The position numbers were made by a program, and so were the translations under genes. Shown here one piece after another: positions 28,401 to 37,789 of a stretch of DNA of 64,000 nt (position 1 is its first letter; every line of letters begins with the position of its first letter). The stretch spans positions 596 through 64,595 of the forward strand of contig CAYMBU010000001.1 in NCBI GenBank assembly GCA_964388765.1, read 5' to 3'. This DNA is from an uncultured Eubacterium sp. (lineage in GTDB: Bacteria; Bacillota; Clostridia; Peptostreptococcales; Anaerovoracaceae). The notes under the pieces were generated by a model. The model worked only from the letters and a program-made list of their open reading frames with translations. It ran no database searches and was not told where the DNA came from.

Positions 28401-31400
28401 ACTGTGACTCATCAACAACAGTCTCTGCACCATCTGTATTTACACCACCCGACTCCCCGGTCTTCTGAGCCATAGTGACTGTAAGTCCCAGATCGCTTTC
28501 AAGGAAGCCGACCGAGAATTCGCTGTGTCTTTCATCATCTTCAACGAACGCACTATGGTCTCCCTGATGAGGCAGATCGTCAATAACGACCATTTTGCTG
28601 ATGGACGTAGTAGGCCCGATTACATAAAGATCATATTTAACGTTCTTTGTCTTATCACTTAGTACAATGTAGTTGGATGATTCATCACTTCTCGCAGTAT
28701 TTGAAGGATCGTCTATCTCTGTTATCTGTTTCCAGCTCGATGTAGTATATCCCTGGTTCAGCATTATCGACGCACCGGACTGGATGCCGTCGTTCTTTGT
28801 TATCAGCTGACCACTTTCATCATATTCCTGCTTTGTTCTGGCGCGGCCCTGCACAACGCTGTCCGGATCATAGCCCTGCTCCGGATATAGAATAGCGTCA
28901 TTATATTTAGGCTCACTGATGATGACCTCATCAAGCGTGTACATGGTATGTACGCATAGATCCATCCAATGCCCCGCAGGGATCGAATACCCCGGCCCGG
29001 TCATCTTTATGGTCATTATTTCTTTGCCTTTGGCATCTCTTTCAATCTTGACCTTGCCTGATTTTGCTCCGGAACCGAATGAGAACCAGTCATCATCGCT
29101 GTCATCCTCAGCGCTGCCTATATTCAGATCTCTGTTTCCGCTCGCTGTAAGAGTATCTCCGGAAGAGATCCTGACTTTCGTATCGCGTCCGGATTCAGAT
29201 TCGGCGATCGTTCTCGTTCCTAAAGTAAACAGGTATTGTGTAGAATGCGTTACTTTAGTTCCGTTTGCAGAAGTATTACGGTACATGTCGTAATACACTC
29301 TCCCGGTAAAGCTGAATGGCGTATCAACAGTATCTACTATCGTATAATCTGTCATCATGCCTCCGGCTTCATCATTTCTGCCCGGTGCTTCATTATACAG
29401 CCTGAGCTTCCAGTTAACTACATCGCTGGTCTTTGCGCCGCCTTTATATTTCGTGCCGTATCCTGATGAAGGGCCTTCAACTGTAGTGGAAGTCGGATTA
29501 TTGGCTTTCTCTGTCAGTCCGCCTATCGTCTTCTGCAGGCCCGGCGTTATGCCGGCACGATGAACCGTTACTGATGAAACCATGAAGTTACCCTTCTCAT
29601 TGGAATTGTATGCGTCATCTGTATACTGTGACGTATTCATACCAAACTTTTCAGCAACTTCATCTTTCGTCATCAGCTCGCAGCCGCCGTCATTAGGAGT
29701 AATGCCGGTTACGGCTCTGGCTTTCTGGATCGCACCGCCATTGCCTTCCTCGTCAGGGGCATCAAGGGTAAATCCTGTATTGTAATAGTCGTAATACGGC
29801 ATGGTGATGGTATTGGTCGCCTCATCATCTGTCTTGGCATACTGATCGATCAGCACGTTATATCCGAAACGTACTGCTTCGCCCGGATTCAGATAATTCT
29901 TGCCTACCTCACTGTCATATCCCACGCCTGTGACCTTGAACGTGATATGCTGCCTGCCGTTAACAGTCCTGACTGAAGGAGCGATATACGCTGCTTTATA
30001 TGTTACTGTATTATTGTCATATGGGTCCGCGCTTTTGTCTATCGTAACCAGCTTCTCGCTTGTGCTGCCTCTTGATTCTGTAGTTACTGAACTGTTATAT
30101 GAACTGGTACGATAACCTATATAGCCAGTATACGTAGAAGAGTTGTTATCTATACGAGTGTTTGTTGCACTGGTATAGCACATACTGTTATATGTGAATC
30201 CCCTTGGTAATTCATCTTCAATATCGCTTAAATACAGTCTGTCATAACTGCCATTATATAGGATCGTATAGTAAGTTATTGTCGATGCTTTCAGGTCAGG
30301 GTCGCTTATAGAATTACTGCCTGTACCGTTCTGATACATCAAGCGTGTATTATTGCTGGTGTAAGTTCCGCGATAGCTATATTCAGATCCACCTTTTGTT
30401 GTCAGGCCATTATCGTAGACCCCTTTATACAGTACGGCTTTACCCTCGCTCTCAAGCAGATGATTGACTGAATCGTATCGTCCGTCAAGATAGAAAGTAT
30501 TTGTCAGCTGCTTTCCGGCATATTCAGCCACATACTGATCCCATACTGAAACACCTTCGGTTCTCGCAGGGAATGTAAGATCTACCAGTATTTTTACATT
30601 TCCGCTGACAGGGAAATGGATATTGAAATTATTATCCCATCTTATCTGCTGCAGTCCGGCTGTGGAAGTGGTATCTATCCTCCAATGATCGTCAACAGTT
30701 CCATCTGTCGGAATGCTGACAGCATCTGTTCCCGAACCATATTTGATTTCCACTCCATCGGAACCTATGAACCTTAGATTCTTGACATTCACACCCTTTT
30801 CCCATGTAAACTTGCCTTTGTTGTTAGGCAGGTTGTCATAGATGCGGCTTCCATTCAATACAGTCGGCGCAGTGCTGGTGTTGTTGATCGTGATCTGGTA
30901 TGTCGCGGTATCAGACTGTCTCAGCCTTGAGAATTTCACTAAAGTACCATCTGAGGTGCTGTCTGTTCCGTCGCCATGTCCATTTTTAGAGACAATGTAT
31001 TTACTGAAACTGTATACCTGAGTATAGAAGCCCATGTAATCATACAGTCTGTGCCCCTGATGATCTCCGAGCCATGCTTTATTATTAAGTTCATATTGTT
31101 TGACTTCACCAGGATTATCCGCACCGGCTAATCCTGCTTTTTCAGCACTTACAAGACTCCTGTAGTGCATATATGTAGCAGTAGATGTCCCGCCCCAGTT
31201 CTTAAAAGGCTTCCATATTATCTTTGTATTAAGACTGGTGCGTTTATTATTACTCACTGTTTCAGTAACAGTGATATCCGCTTTCCAGTTTTGTGTGCCC
31301 TTTCTTTCGCTGGCTGAGTTGGTACTTGTTTTTCTCCCGAAAGTCACGTTTGTATATGTTCCGGGTTTATTCAGAAGATAATAACTTATTCCATCTGCCG

Positions 31401-34400
31401 TATAAGTGTCCAGCTCGCTGCCGTCAGGCGCTGTAAGGCCCGGATTCTGAGCCACCGGAGCCAGTGCGACCTGAGCTCCGATCATATAATCAGACATGTT
31501 CATGTGATCATACGCTTTGCCGCTGGTATTATATGCATATAGTGTTGAGTCTATTACAGTACCGTCCTTGACCGATGTAGAGTTGCTCGTTATCTGTGAG
31601 TTGTTCATGTATCCATATTTGTATAAATACAGTTCTCTGTACCAGTCATGGACATATTTGGTTTTATATGTTTTATTTCTGTCCTCCTTGCCGACTCTCA
31701 ATCTCACAGTTGCTGAATTATCAAGGGACATATAAACACTTGGATAATATGATTCACTATCTGATGTGAGCAACATCGGCGTTGTCTTTATGGTAGTCAG
31801 TATTGGGACCACCAGTTTTTGCCCTGGCTTAAGTATGAATTGTTCATTAGGCCTGAGCTTATAATCCGCTTTATATATTGTATTGCTTGTCGGCATATAT
31901 CCTATTGCCGTAAACAAAGCTTTTATGCTGGAATAATCGCCGCCTGCTCCAATCGTATATGTTTTATTATTTTCGGCTGTAGTATCTCCGCTGAGGGTGA
32001 CAATAATCTGACCATCGGTGTTTTTAGTAATAACAAATATTGCGCCCTCATTTACCCTTAAACCGTTATCATTGGCATGCGATATGTTAGAATTGCTGTT
32101 TGCCGTATATTTATTATTCTGGTCAGTACCGTCTACTACAGGATATTCGTTAGGATCACCATCATTGTTGTTATATAAAGAGCCCTTGGTTATCGTTATC
32201 GTAAGCCAGTCTCCGATATTTACATTCTGCGCGTTGGCGCCTGTTCCCAGCGAGACGACCTGATTGAGCATTTTTTCAATATTCTGCGGCTCAATGAAGA
32301 GATATCTATTGATCGTGTCTTCAATCAGATGACCATCATATTTCTTTACACCGTCTACAACGGACGCGGCTCCCCAATCAGTGAGATTTAAAATACCCGT
32401 ATTATTAATGGTAATGTTAAAGAATTCGTCTGTTCCGCCATTCCTGTTAGGACGGCTGCTGTCATCTAGCTGCTGGAATTTTTTGTTGATCAGAACATCA
32501 TAATTGGCGTCGACCGGGTTGTCGGCGCTGCTTTCAGCTGTCTGATTCGGCGAATATGAATAGTGTCTTATCTCATCTGTCTCATTGTGGATCTTAAGCA
32601 GCTCAGGCAGTGTCTTGTCCGGGTTGTTGTCAAGCAGCTCGTTTACTTTATCCAGGTCAGCCATGATGACGCCGTCGCCGAATCTCAGATAGAAATCCTG
32701 AGCTGCATATTCATTCGTAGCGCTGGCTCCGCTGAGTGAAGTATTCGATACTTTCCACGTAAGCCTCAGGGTCTTCCCGTCATCTCCGACTTTTACCTTA
32801 AGATTATCTATATATGTATAGTCATAACCACCGCGTTTACCGAGATATGCCAGATAATACTTCTTGCCATTCGCATTCACGGTAATGGCTTTCTGTGTCA
32901 TGGTGTTGGTACCATTATCCGAATACTGAGAGGAAACATCTTCCACGGACCACTTGCCGGCCTGCAGAGCTTCTATGACCTCAGGTCTCCAGTATAGTTC
33001 TTCAGGGAGCGTTATCTCATCATGGTAATTGACCCATCTGATGAAATCCAGTCCTTCTGTTGTTGACGAGCTGCCGCTCTGATTAGTTTCCTTTAGCCTG
33101 TATGCCAGTGCCGTTACATAGGCTTCTCCGTCCGAATTAGTCATTATTATCGGAGTACGTCCCTTGGATACTGTAGTATCATAATATGTAGTGTTGGTCT
33201 TATTGTAATCAAACACTATCGGCGATGTGAGCCAATCCAGCTCCATATAATCCTTAGGATTGATGACCTGTCCTTCAGTCTCCTGAGCGAGTTCCTTGGA
33301 GATGGTATGCGTCCAGATCTTGACTTCACCGCCGCCGGTTTCTTTGACCGGATAATGTATGTCGTTGGTGAACGCCAGCGTTTCTCCCGGAAGAATACCT
33401 GTGATCTCGTAATAATAGACGTTAGGATTGTCCGTCTGGACAACTTTCATAGGATAGATAGTGCCTGTAGAAGGATTCTTGATGTTATAATCTCCCTCAT
33501 AGAAAGACCCCATTTTATATCCGTCTTCACTGTAGGAGAAATAGATCCTTACCACTTTATCTAAAGTAACATTGTCATCATTGGATATGGCAATCGTATA
33601 TGTTGCGATCTGTCCAGTCAGATAATCATACGTTTTATCCTCTTCAGGCTGTTTGTCGTTAACGGCAACCACAACTTTAAGGGTCTGTTTTCCATCACTG
33701 TTGATATAAGTATCCTGGATCGTCTGTACCAGCTCACCTTCCACGTTTCCAATCGGGAAATCACAGAGGTTAGATACTTTACGCCAGGCATCAACATCTG
33801 TGATCGACTCCTCGCCGTTTACGGTTTTGCCCATATTGTCTGTCGCCGTGCTCCATCCGGTAAACGCAGAGGATTTAAGATAAATATTCTCAGGCTTGGC
33901 AAAAGTTATTGCAGTAAGATCGTCCGCAAGACTGAGCGCATATGCGTTGATGCCGTTAACGGTGTATTCTGTGCCATCCGGCGTGGTTATGGTTTCCGGA
34001 ACCGTATAGGTCTCTATCCCTGGCGGAACATATGCCAGAGATGCCTTGCCGTCATCGGATAATTTGTAAAGGACACCCTGTGGATCAACATAAAATGTCC
34101 CGTTGAGATCCTTGAGCGGTTTTGCTCCGCCTTTGGCTGTAGCCTTGGTGATCTCTATTACGTTTTCTCCCTCAAAGAATGTGTCTGCGTCTGCAGGTAT
34201 GGCGGCAAGCACGTTTCCGTTGATTTTCTTTGTTTTATCTGAAATCGTTACAGTTTTAAGATTATCGTCGCCATGGAACAGATTTGAATTTGATACAGAT
34301 GTAAGCTGTTTTGCTTCTATCCTGACCGTTTCCAGATTGTCGCAGTTTTTAAAAGCAGCTGACCCGATGGTTGTAACATTTTCCGGAATGACAAGCTTTG

Positions 34401-35904
34401 TCATATCTTCGCAGTTCTTGAACGCTTCCATTCCGATAGTTGTGAGTTTTGTCATGTTAGACATATCACATGATTCCAGCCTGGTCCCATAGAACGCTCT
34501 GTCTCCGATCGAGGTGATATACTCGTGGTTCTCCAGCTGATCCCAGTTTTTGATGCCTGTTTTATTGTAGAATGTATTGTTTCCTATTGTTATGTCCTTT
34601 TCAGGCAGTATGATCTTCTCCAGATTGGTAAGCTTTACTGTACTGTTAGTCGCGCTTGATTCAAACAGGCCGTAAGACAATGAGAAAGTTGTGGCTCTCG
34701 TTGATTCTGTCCATGCGGAAAGGTCCACGACCTTAAGATTTGTATCTCCTCTGAAAATGGCGTCAGGAAGAGCGCTGCTGTAGTAGTTTCTGACAATAGC
34801 GCCTTCTACTTCACGGAAAACAACATCTTCAAGTGCTGTGCAGTTTGAAAAAATGTAAACTCCTGCTGAATATGGAATATAGAAAAACGCCGGCATGCTT
34901 ACAGACTTCAGCTTGCTGTTGTCCGCAAAAGCATATCCGGCGATCTGATAGTTTGAGTTGGATGAATTATACGAAGTCGTGCTTTTCGCAATGCTGTCAG
35001 GAATATTTACTTCTTCAAGCGCGCATGACCTGAATGCCTCGTATCCGATGAACTGAAGCTGGGTGTCTTCCAGATTGACTGATGACAAAGCAGAGCAGCC
35101 GGTGAAAGCGCCTGCCTCAATTTTCTGGAGCGAACTCTTGCCATTAGAACCCGTCTTGAATGTGACTTTCTTTAGCTTGGTATCTCTTATGCCTGCATTA
35201 CTGCTGTTGTTGTCTCCGAATGCAACGGTCCCTATCGTCTGGACTGTGGACCCTATCTCCACTTCTTCCAGCCCTTTGAGATTCTGGAAAGCACGGGTAT
35301 TGATGGCCGTGCATCCCTCGGGGACGACCACTTTCTTGATCTGTGACTTTAAATCACCCAGCTGAGTGGAAATGTTGGCAACAAAATTAGCCGGCACTGC
35401 AAATGTTGGCGGGGTCGCGGCCGTTCCGGTGTACTCAAAAGTAAGGGTATAATTACCCTCTTCACCGGTGACTTTCCATATCCAGTCGCCCGACACTGTT
35501 CCTGAAGGCAGTTCGTCTGCCCGAAGCTGAAGTGATGAACGTGGAACTACAGCGCTCTGCTTTTTCTTTCCGGCGCTGTTTTCTGACTTTTCGTCGTCAC
35601 TGTTAGATGGGCTGGCTTTCTGCTGCCCGCCCGAAGATCGTTTGTTCTGGCCTTGTTCCGGCGCGCTTTGACTTTCCGCGCCTTTTTCAGGCTGTTCGAC
35701 GCTTTCCCCGGATCCTTTCCCCGGGGACGTATCGTCTGTTTCTGCCTTTACTTCGCCTGCCTGCTCTGAAACAGCCTGTTGTTCTGTTTCTGCAGCACTG
35801 CTGACCGCTTCCTCTGCCGCGGCGGCGACCGCCTGCGACGGCATCATGGAAAAGATCAGCAACATGATAAGTAGTAGGGACAATAACTTCCTGCTCGTCT
35901 TCAT
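25429..35904 (-). CDS. Giant (3491 aa) adhesin: BspA-type LRR_5 N-terminus, large central region, tandem CnaB domains, no LPxTG or TM anchor
   Basis: Signal peptide MKTSRKLL (AGGAG RBS); I...AF..C..L..V.IP repeats; four K.WDD.D....RP..I.V.L CnaB repeats; ends FEFEND...GGIVNNYSDNGSGVRFEGGEE. Confidence 0.85.
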   Translation of the reverse strand: MKTSRKLLSLLLIMLLIFSMMPSQAVAAAAEEAVSSAAETEQQAVSEQAGEVKAETDDTSPGKGSGESVEQPEKGAESQSAPEQGQNKRSSGGQQKASPSNSDDEKSENSAGKKKQSAVVPRSSLQLRADELPSGTVSGDWIWKVTGEEGNYTLTFEYTGTAATPPTFAVPANFVANISTQLGDLKSQIKKVVVPEGCTAINTRAFQNLKGLEEVEIGSTVQTIGTVAFGDNNSSNAGIRDTKLKKVTFKTGSNGKSSLQKIEAGAFTGCSALSSVNLEDTQLQFIGYEAFRSCALEEVNIPDSIAKSTTSYNSSNSNYQIAGYAFADNSKLKSVSMPAFFYIPYSAGVYIFSNCTALEDVVFREVEGAIVRNYYSSALPDAIFRGDTNLKVVDLSAWTESTRATTFSLSYGLFESSATNSTVKLTNLEKIILPEKDITIGNNTFYNKTGIKNWDQLENHEYITSIGDRAFYGTRLESCDMSNMTKLTTIGMEAFKNCEDMTKLVIPENVTTIGSAAFKNCDNLETVRIEAKQLTSVSNSNLFHGDDNLKTVTISDKTKKINGNVLAAIPADADTFFEGENVIEITKATAKGGAKPLKDLNGTFYVDPQGVLYKLSDDGKASLAYVPPGIETYTVPETITTPDGTEYTVNGINAYALSLADDLTAITFAKPENIYLKSSAFTGWSTATDNMGKTVNGEESITDVDAWRKVSNLCDFPIGNVEGELVQTIQDTYINSDGKQTLKVVVAVNDKQPEEDKTYDYLTGQIATYTIAISNDDNVTLDKVVRIYFSYSEDGYKMGSFYEGDYNIKNPSTGTIYPMKVVQTDNPNVYYYEITGILPGETLAFTNDIHYPVKETGGGEVKIWTHTISKELAQETEGQVINPKDYMELDWLTSPIVFDYNKTNTTYYDTTVSKGRTPIIMTNSDGEAYVTALAYRLKETNQSGSSSTTEGLDFIRWVNYHDEITLPEELYWRPEVIEALQAGKWSVEDVSSQYSDNGTNTMTQKAITVNANGKKYYLAYLGKRGGYDYTYIDNLKVKVGDDGKTLRLTWKVSNTSLSGASATNEYAAQDFYLRFGDGVIMADLDKVNELLDNNPDKTLPELLKIHNETDEIRHYSYSPNQTAESSADNPVDANYDVLINKKFQQLDDSSRPNRNGGTDEFFNITINNTGILNLTDWGAASVVDGVKKYDGHLIEDTINRYLFIEPQNIEKMLNQVVSLGTGANAQNVNIGDWLTITITKGSLYNNNDGDPNEYPVVDGTDQNNKYTANSNSNISHANDNGLRVNEGAIFVITKNTDGQIIVTLSGDTTAENNKTYTIGAGGDYSSIKALFTAIGYMPTSNTIYKADYKLRPNEQFILKPGQKLVVPILTTIKTTPMLLTSDSESYYPSVYMSLDNSATVRLRVGKEDRNKTYKTKYVHDWYRELYLYKYGYMNNSQITSNSTSVKDGTVIDSTLYAYNTSGKAYDHMNMSDYMIGAQVALAPVAQNPGLTAPDGSELDTYTADGISYYLLNKPGTYTNVTFGRKTSTNSASERKGTQNWKADITVTETVSNNKRTSLNTKIIWKPFKNWGGTSTATYMHYRSLVSAEKAGLAGADNPGEVKQYELNNKAWLGDHQGHRLYDYMGFYTQVYSFSKYIVSKNGHGDGTDSTSDGTLVKFSRLRQSDTATYQITINNTSTAPTVLNGSRIYDNLPNNKGKFTWEKGVNVKNLRFIGSDGVEIKYGSGTDAVSIPTDGTVDDHWRIDTTSTAGLQQIRWDNNFNIHFPVSGNVKILVDLTFPARTEGVSVWDQYVAEYAGKQLTNTFYLDGRYDSVNHLLESEGKAVLYKGVYDNGLTTKGGSEYSYRGTYTSNNTRLMYQNGTGSNSISDPDLKASTITYYTILYNGSYDRLYLSDIEDELPRGFTYNSMCYTSATNTRIDNNSSTYTGYIGYRTSSYNSSVTTESRGSTSEKLVTIDKSADPYDNNTVTYKAAYIAPSVRTVNGRQHITFKVTGVGYDSEVGKNYLNPGEAVRFGYNVLIDQYAKTDDEATNTITMPYYDYYNTGFTLDAPDEEGNGGAIQKARAVTGITPNDGGCELMTKDEVAEKFGMNTSQYTDDAYNSNEKGNFMVSSVTVHRAGITPGLQKTIGGLTEKANNPTSTTVEGPSSGYGTKYKGGAKTSDVVNWKLRLYNEAPGRNDEAGGMMTDYTIVDTVDTPFSFTGRVYYDMYRNTSANGTKVTHSTQYLFTLGTRTIAESESGRDTKVRISSGDTLTASGNRDLNIGSAEDDSDDDWFSFGSGAKSGKVKIERDAKGKEIMTIKMTGPGYSIPAGHWMDLCVHTMYTLDEVIISEPKYNDAILYPEQGYDPDSVVQGRARTKQEYDESGQLITKNDGIQSGASIMLNQGYTTSSWKQITEIDDPSNTARSDESSNYIVLSDKTKNVKYDLYVIGPTTSISKMVVIDDLPHQGDHSAFVEDDERHSEFSVGFLESDLGLTVTMAQKTGESGGVNTDGAETVVDESQYEVYVSTKTTFDRATDWIGTGEGWTRIDDLEGDELKEVLKSARSIRVVVKDPNAWQMDSSLYQMYKEFRLHITFNARINDNNAEPGQIAWNSFGYKYQVPLTRNDTEEDSASIYLEAQPLNVGLKYPNAPILTKKLSEEVTETVQKIDENGNPVFKPVLDENGNPKQQPVLDENGEPMQQQVFDGEGNPVLDVNGDPVYEPVMEDVVEPDTEEVTKIVNHKAEQDLDFKFIIYEGDPIEDLNDVSDMTEDQIAANLVTQGRKFVYLPYTVKKGESSYELGLWTIDYCSKYDPESEAFIDDEDNLWAWISGKKYTLLELDMGQYNYEYLKISIDGEEHSNNNRWFVNNTDTKIRLTVDNRYQPEYVDVSGTKTWVDNDDKAGKRPEKITVNLFANGEKVDSKDFTPDEDGNWTYKFGHLLKEKEDGTHISYSVTEDAVRYYDTEISDPETDENGNVTSNITNTLNYVEINVEKKWDDRDDIAKIRPDEIKVHLLSAEWKQKLDDQGEPVLDDNGKPVYEAPAEEDFKEIDSAVIKEDEDGNWSKLFKDLPDHNKDGVKIEYRVTEDEVDYYDTTIDQETDSAGIVTTFTVTNTLNYMEVTGTKVWDDRDNAAGLRPGQITVRLMRNQFDENGKEIVDENGKPVLIPATRQIMDENGEPVLDENGKPTYEEITAKLPDAQGSWEFRFDQLMMADDKGNMINYVVEEDRVPHYKEPVVEPVTKYVVDENGEYVLDDEGNKIEDQINKEFRITNSIELTEVSVEKYWDDYNDSAGLRPGEITVELLADGKVADTVKVTAEQDWKHTFANLPKVDANWNEIKYTVSEQPVADYETGISPAGDGKFTITNRCLYIDLLLTKKMPERFGAGSGKNSTIAFRVEGKDKDGNIVYQNTVGFAFNEESGASETKVLKKVPIDAEYTVTEIYSGSYTPKQAKITKKEVEQYDGEYRGYRGRTVWLFEFENDIGESGTGDNGGIVNNYSDNGSGVRFEGGEE

Positions 35905-35974
35905 AATAGCCACACTCCTGATTGATATTGTCAGATCTAGTCTGTATCTTCTATCATGATCTATGCTGTGACGC

Positions 35975-36021
35975 AAAAACCCAGAGAGCCTTGTCTTCTT
36001 TAGAACGGCCTCTCTGTTTTT
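35975..36021 (-). promoter_or_regulatory. Terminator-like hairpin in the 5' UTR of the adhesin operon
   Basis: RNA CAGAGA(G)GCC...GGCUCUCUG followed by GGUUUUU, just downstream of the promoter. Confidence 0.45.
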
Positions 36022-36043
36022 CACGTATTTGTCAAACAAGTTG

Positions 36044-36072
36044 ATTATATTGCCTGGACTGTGTAAAGTCAA
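36044..36072 (-). promoter_or_regulatory. SigmaA promoter of the adhesin operon
   Basis: TTGACT-N17-TATAAT. Confidence 0.75.
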
Positions 36073-36243
36073 TAATCTGAAGCACCTCAGACGTTGATTT
36101 TCCGCAGGTTTCGGCTCAAGTAAGCTTTCCGGCCCGGAAATGAGATAAGGTAAAGTACTTTTACATAAGCAACTCTACATCACGTACCGTCTGCATATGC
36201 GTCACAAATGCGATATTTTGCTCTTCTGCCCTGGAGAAGCAAG

Positions 36244-36271
36244 TTGACTTGAGCCTTTAAGCGCATATAAT
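36244..36271 (+). promoter_or_regulatory. SigmaA promoter of the CoA-transferase
   Basis: TTGACT-N16-TATAAT. Confidence 0.65.
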
Positions 36272-36330
36272 TAAGTTAGTTATTCATGGCAATGAAAGCC
36301 ATCGGCTTTGATAGATAAGGGAGGAACGAC

Positions 36331-37689
36331 ATGTATAAGATCTCATCTGTGCCGGCTATGTACAAGAGAAAGCTCATAACCGCGGACCAGGCGGCGGCTC
36401 TGGTGAAAAAGAATTTCCGCATCCACTATGGAACAGGTCTCGGAGCACCGCAGGACATCGACGCTGCGCTCGGAAGGCGCGCGAAGAAACTGAAGGGAGT
36501 GGAAGTCCTGAGCAACATCACGATCACCCACGGACCTTTCCAGATCTACCAGGGCTCTGACTCCGTGGATCAGGTAAAGTTCAGCTCAGCACATTTCAGC
36601 GGCGCTGACAGAAAGATCAACAAGGACGGACGCTGCTGGTACATTCCTATGCTGTTCAATGAACTCCCATACTACTGGGACATCAATGAAAAAGGAATAG
36701 ACATCATCTTCATCTCCGTAGGTCCTATGGATAAATACGGGAATTTCAACATCGGGCCGCAGGTCGCAGATGAGTGGAGAGCCATAGAAGTTGCAAAGAC
36801 AGTCGTAGTCGAGGTCAATGAGAACATGCCTCGCGCGTTCGGCGAGAAGGCCTTCCTCAACATTGCAGACGTTGATTACATCGTAGAGAGCAGCAACCCT
36901 CCGCTTGCGGAGATCCCGGGCAAGGAAGCAGACGCGGACGACCAGAAGATCGCTGAATTCGTAGTAGACAGGATCAAGAGCGGAAGCACCCTTCAGCTCG
37001 GAATCGGCGGACTTCCTGCTGCTATCGGAAAGATGCTTGCAGACTCCAGCGTCAAAGATCTTTCAGGCCACACCGAGATGCTCGTTGATTCCTACGTCGA
37101 TCTTTACAACGCAGGCAAGCTGACCAATACGAAGAAAAATCATCCAGGAAAGCTGGTATACGGATTCGCCGGCGGAACAAAGAAGCTTTATGACTTCATC
37201 GACGACAACCCTGTATGCTACACGATGCCGGTCGAATACGTAAACAACGTACAGACAGTTGCTGACATCCCGAACTTCGTATCCATCAACAGCTGCATCC
37301 AGCTCGACCTCTTCGGCCAGATCGCATCTGAGTCGGCAGGTCCTCGTCAGATCTCCGGAACCGGCGGACAGCTGGACTTCGTTCACGGCGCATTCCTCTC
37401 AGAGGGCGGCCAGAGCTTCATCTGCCTCCACTCCACGAGAAAGAACAAAGACGGCAGCCTGAGCTCGCTGATCAATCCTACCCTTCCGGAAGGAACGATC
37501 GTGACTACGCCAAGATCAGCTACGAACTTCGTTATCACAGAGTACGGTGCCGCAAATCTGAAAGGCCGCACGACCTGGGAGAGGGCGGAGATGCTGATCA
37601 ACATCGCGCATCCTGACTTCAGGGAAGAACTGATCAAGCAGGCTGAGAAGATGGGTATCTGGACCCAGACGAGCAAGTGCACATGGTAG
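36331..37689 (+). CDS. Acetyl-CoA hydrolase/transferase family (butyryl-CoA:acetate CoA-transferase-like)
   Basis: TLQLGIGGLP, GHTEML, QISGTGGQLDF, VITEYGAANLKG.T.WERAE.LINIAHPDFRE. Confidence 0.88.
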   Translation: MYKISSVPAMYKRKLITADQAAALVKKNFRIHYGTGLGAPQDIDAALGRRAKKLKGVEVLSNITITHGPFQIYQGSDSVDQVKFSSAHFSGADRKINKDGRCWYIPMLFNELPYYWDINEKGIDIIFISVGPMDKYGNFNIGPQVADEWRAIEVAKTVVVEVNENMPRAFGEKAFLNIADVDYIVESSNPPLAEIPGKEADADDQKIAEFVVDRIKSGSTLQLGIGGLPAAIGKMLADSSVKDLSGHTEMLVDSYVDLYNAGKLTNTKKNHPGKLVYGFAGGTKKLYDFIDDNPVCYTMPVEYVNNVQTVADIPNFVSINSCIQLDLFGQIASESAGPRQISGTGGQLDFVHGAFLSEGGQSFICLHSTRKNKDGSLSSLINPTLPEGTIVTTPRSATNFVITEYGAANLKGRTTWERAEMLINIAHPDFREELIKQAEKMGIWTQTSKCTW

Positions 37690-37741
37690 AATAGCTGCCG
37701 GAGCAGCGGGACTGCTGTGCTGACAGACCAATTTGTAAAGT

Positions 37742-37784
37742 AAAGACCCGGCGTCCTGAATGACTGAATGACGCCGGGTCTTTT
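37742..37784. terminator. Intrinsic terminator
   Basis: aaagacccggcgtc...gacgccgggtcttt 14-bp stem. Confidence 0.82.
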
Positions 37785-37789
37785 ATTGG

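Noticed and set aside
35905-36072. 56-aa N-terminal extension of the adhesin, or a c-di-GMP riboswitch
   Set aside because: The extension overlaps the promoter, while RBS and signal peptide fit 35904; no GEMM consensus on the sense strand.
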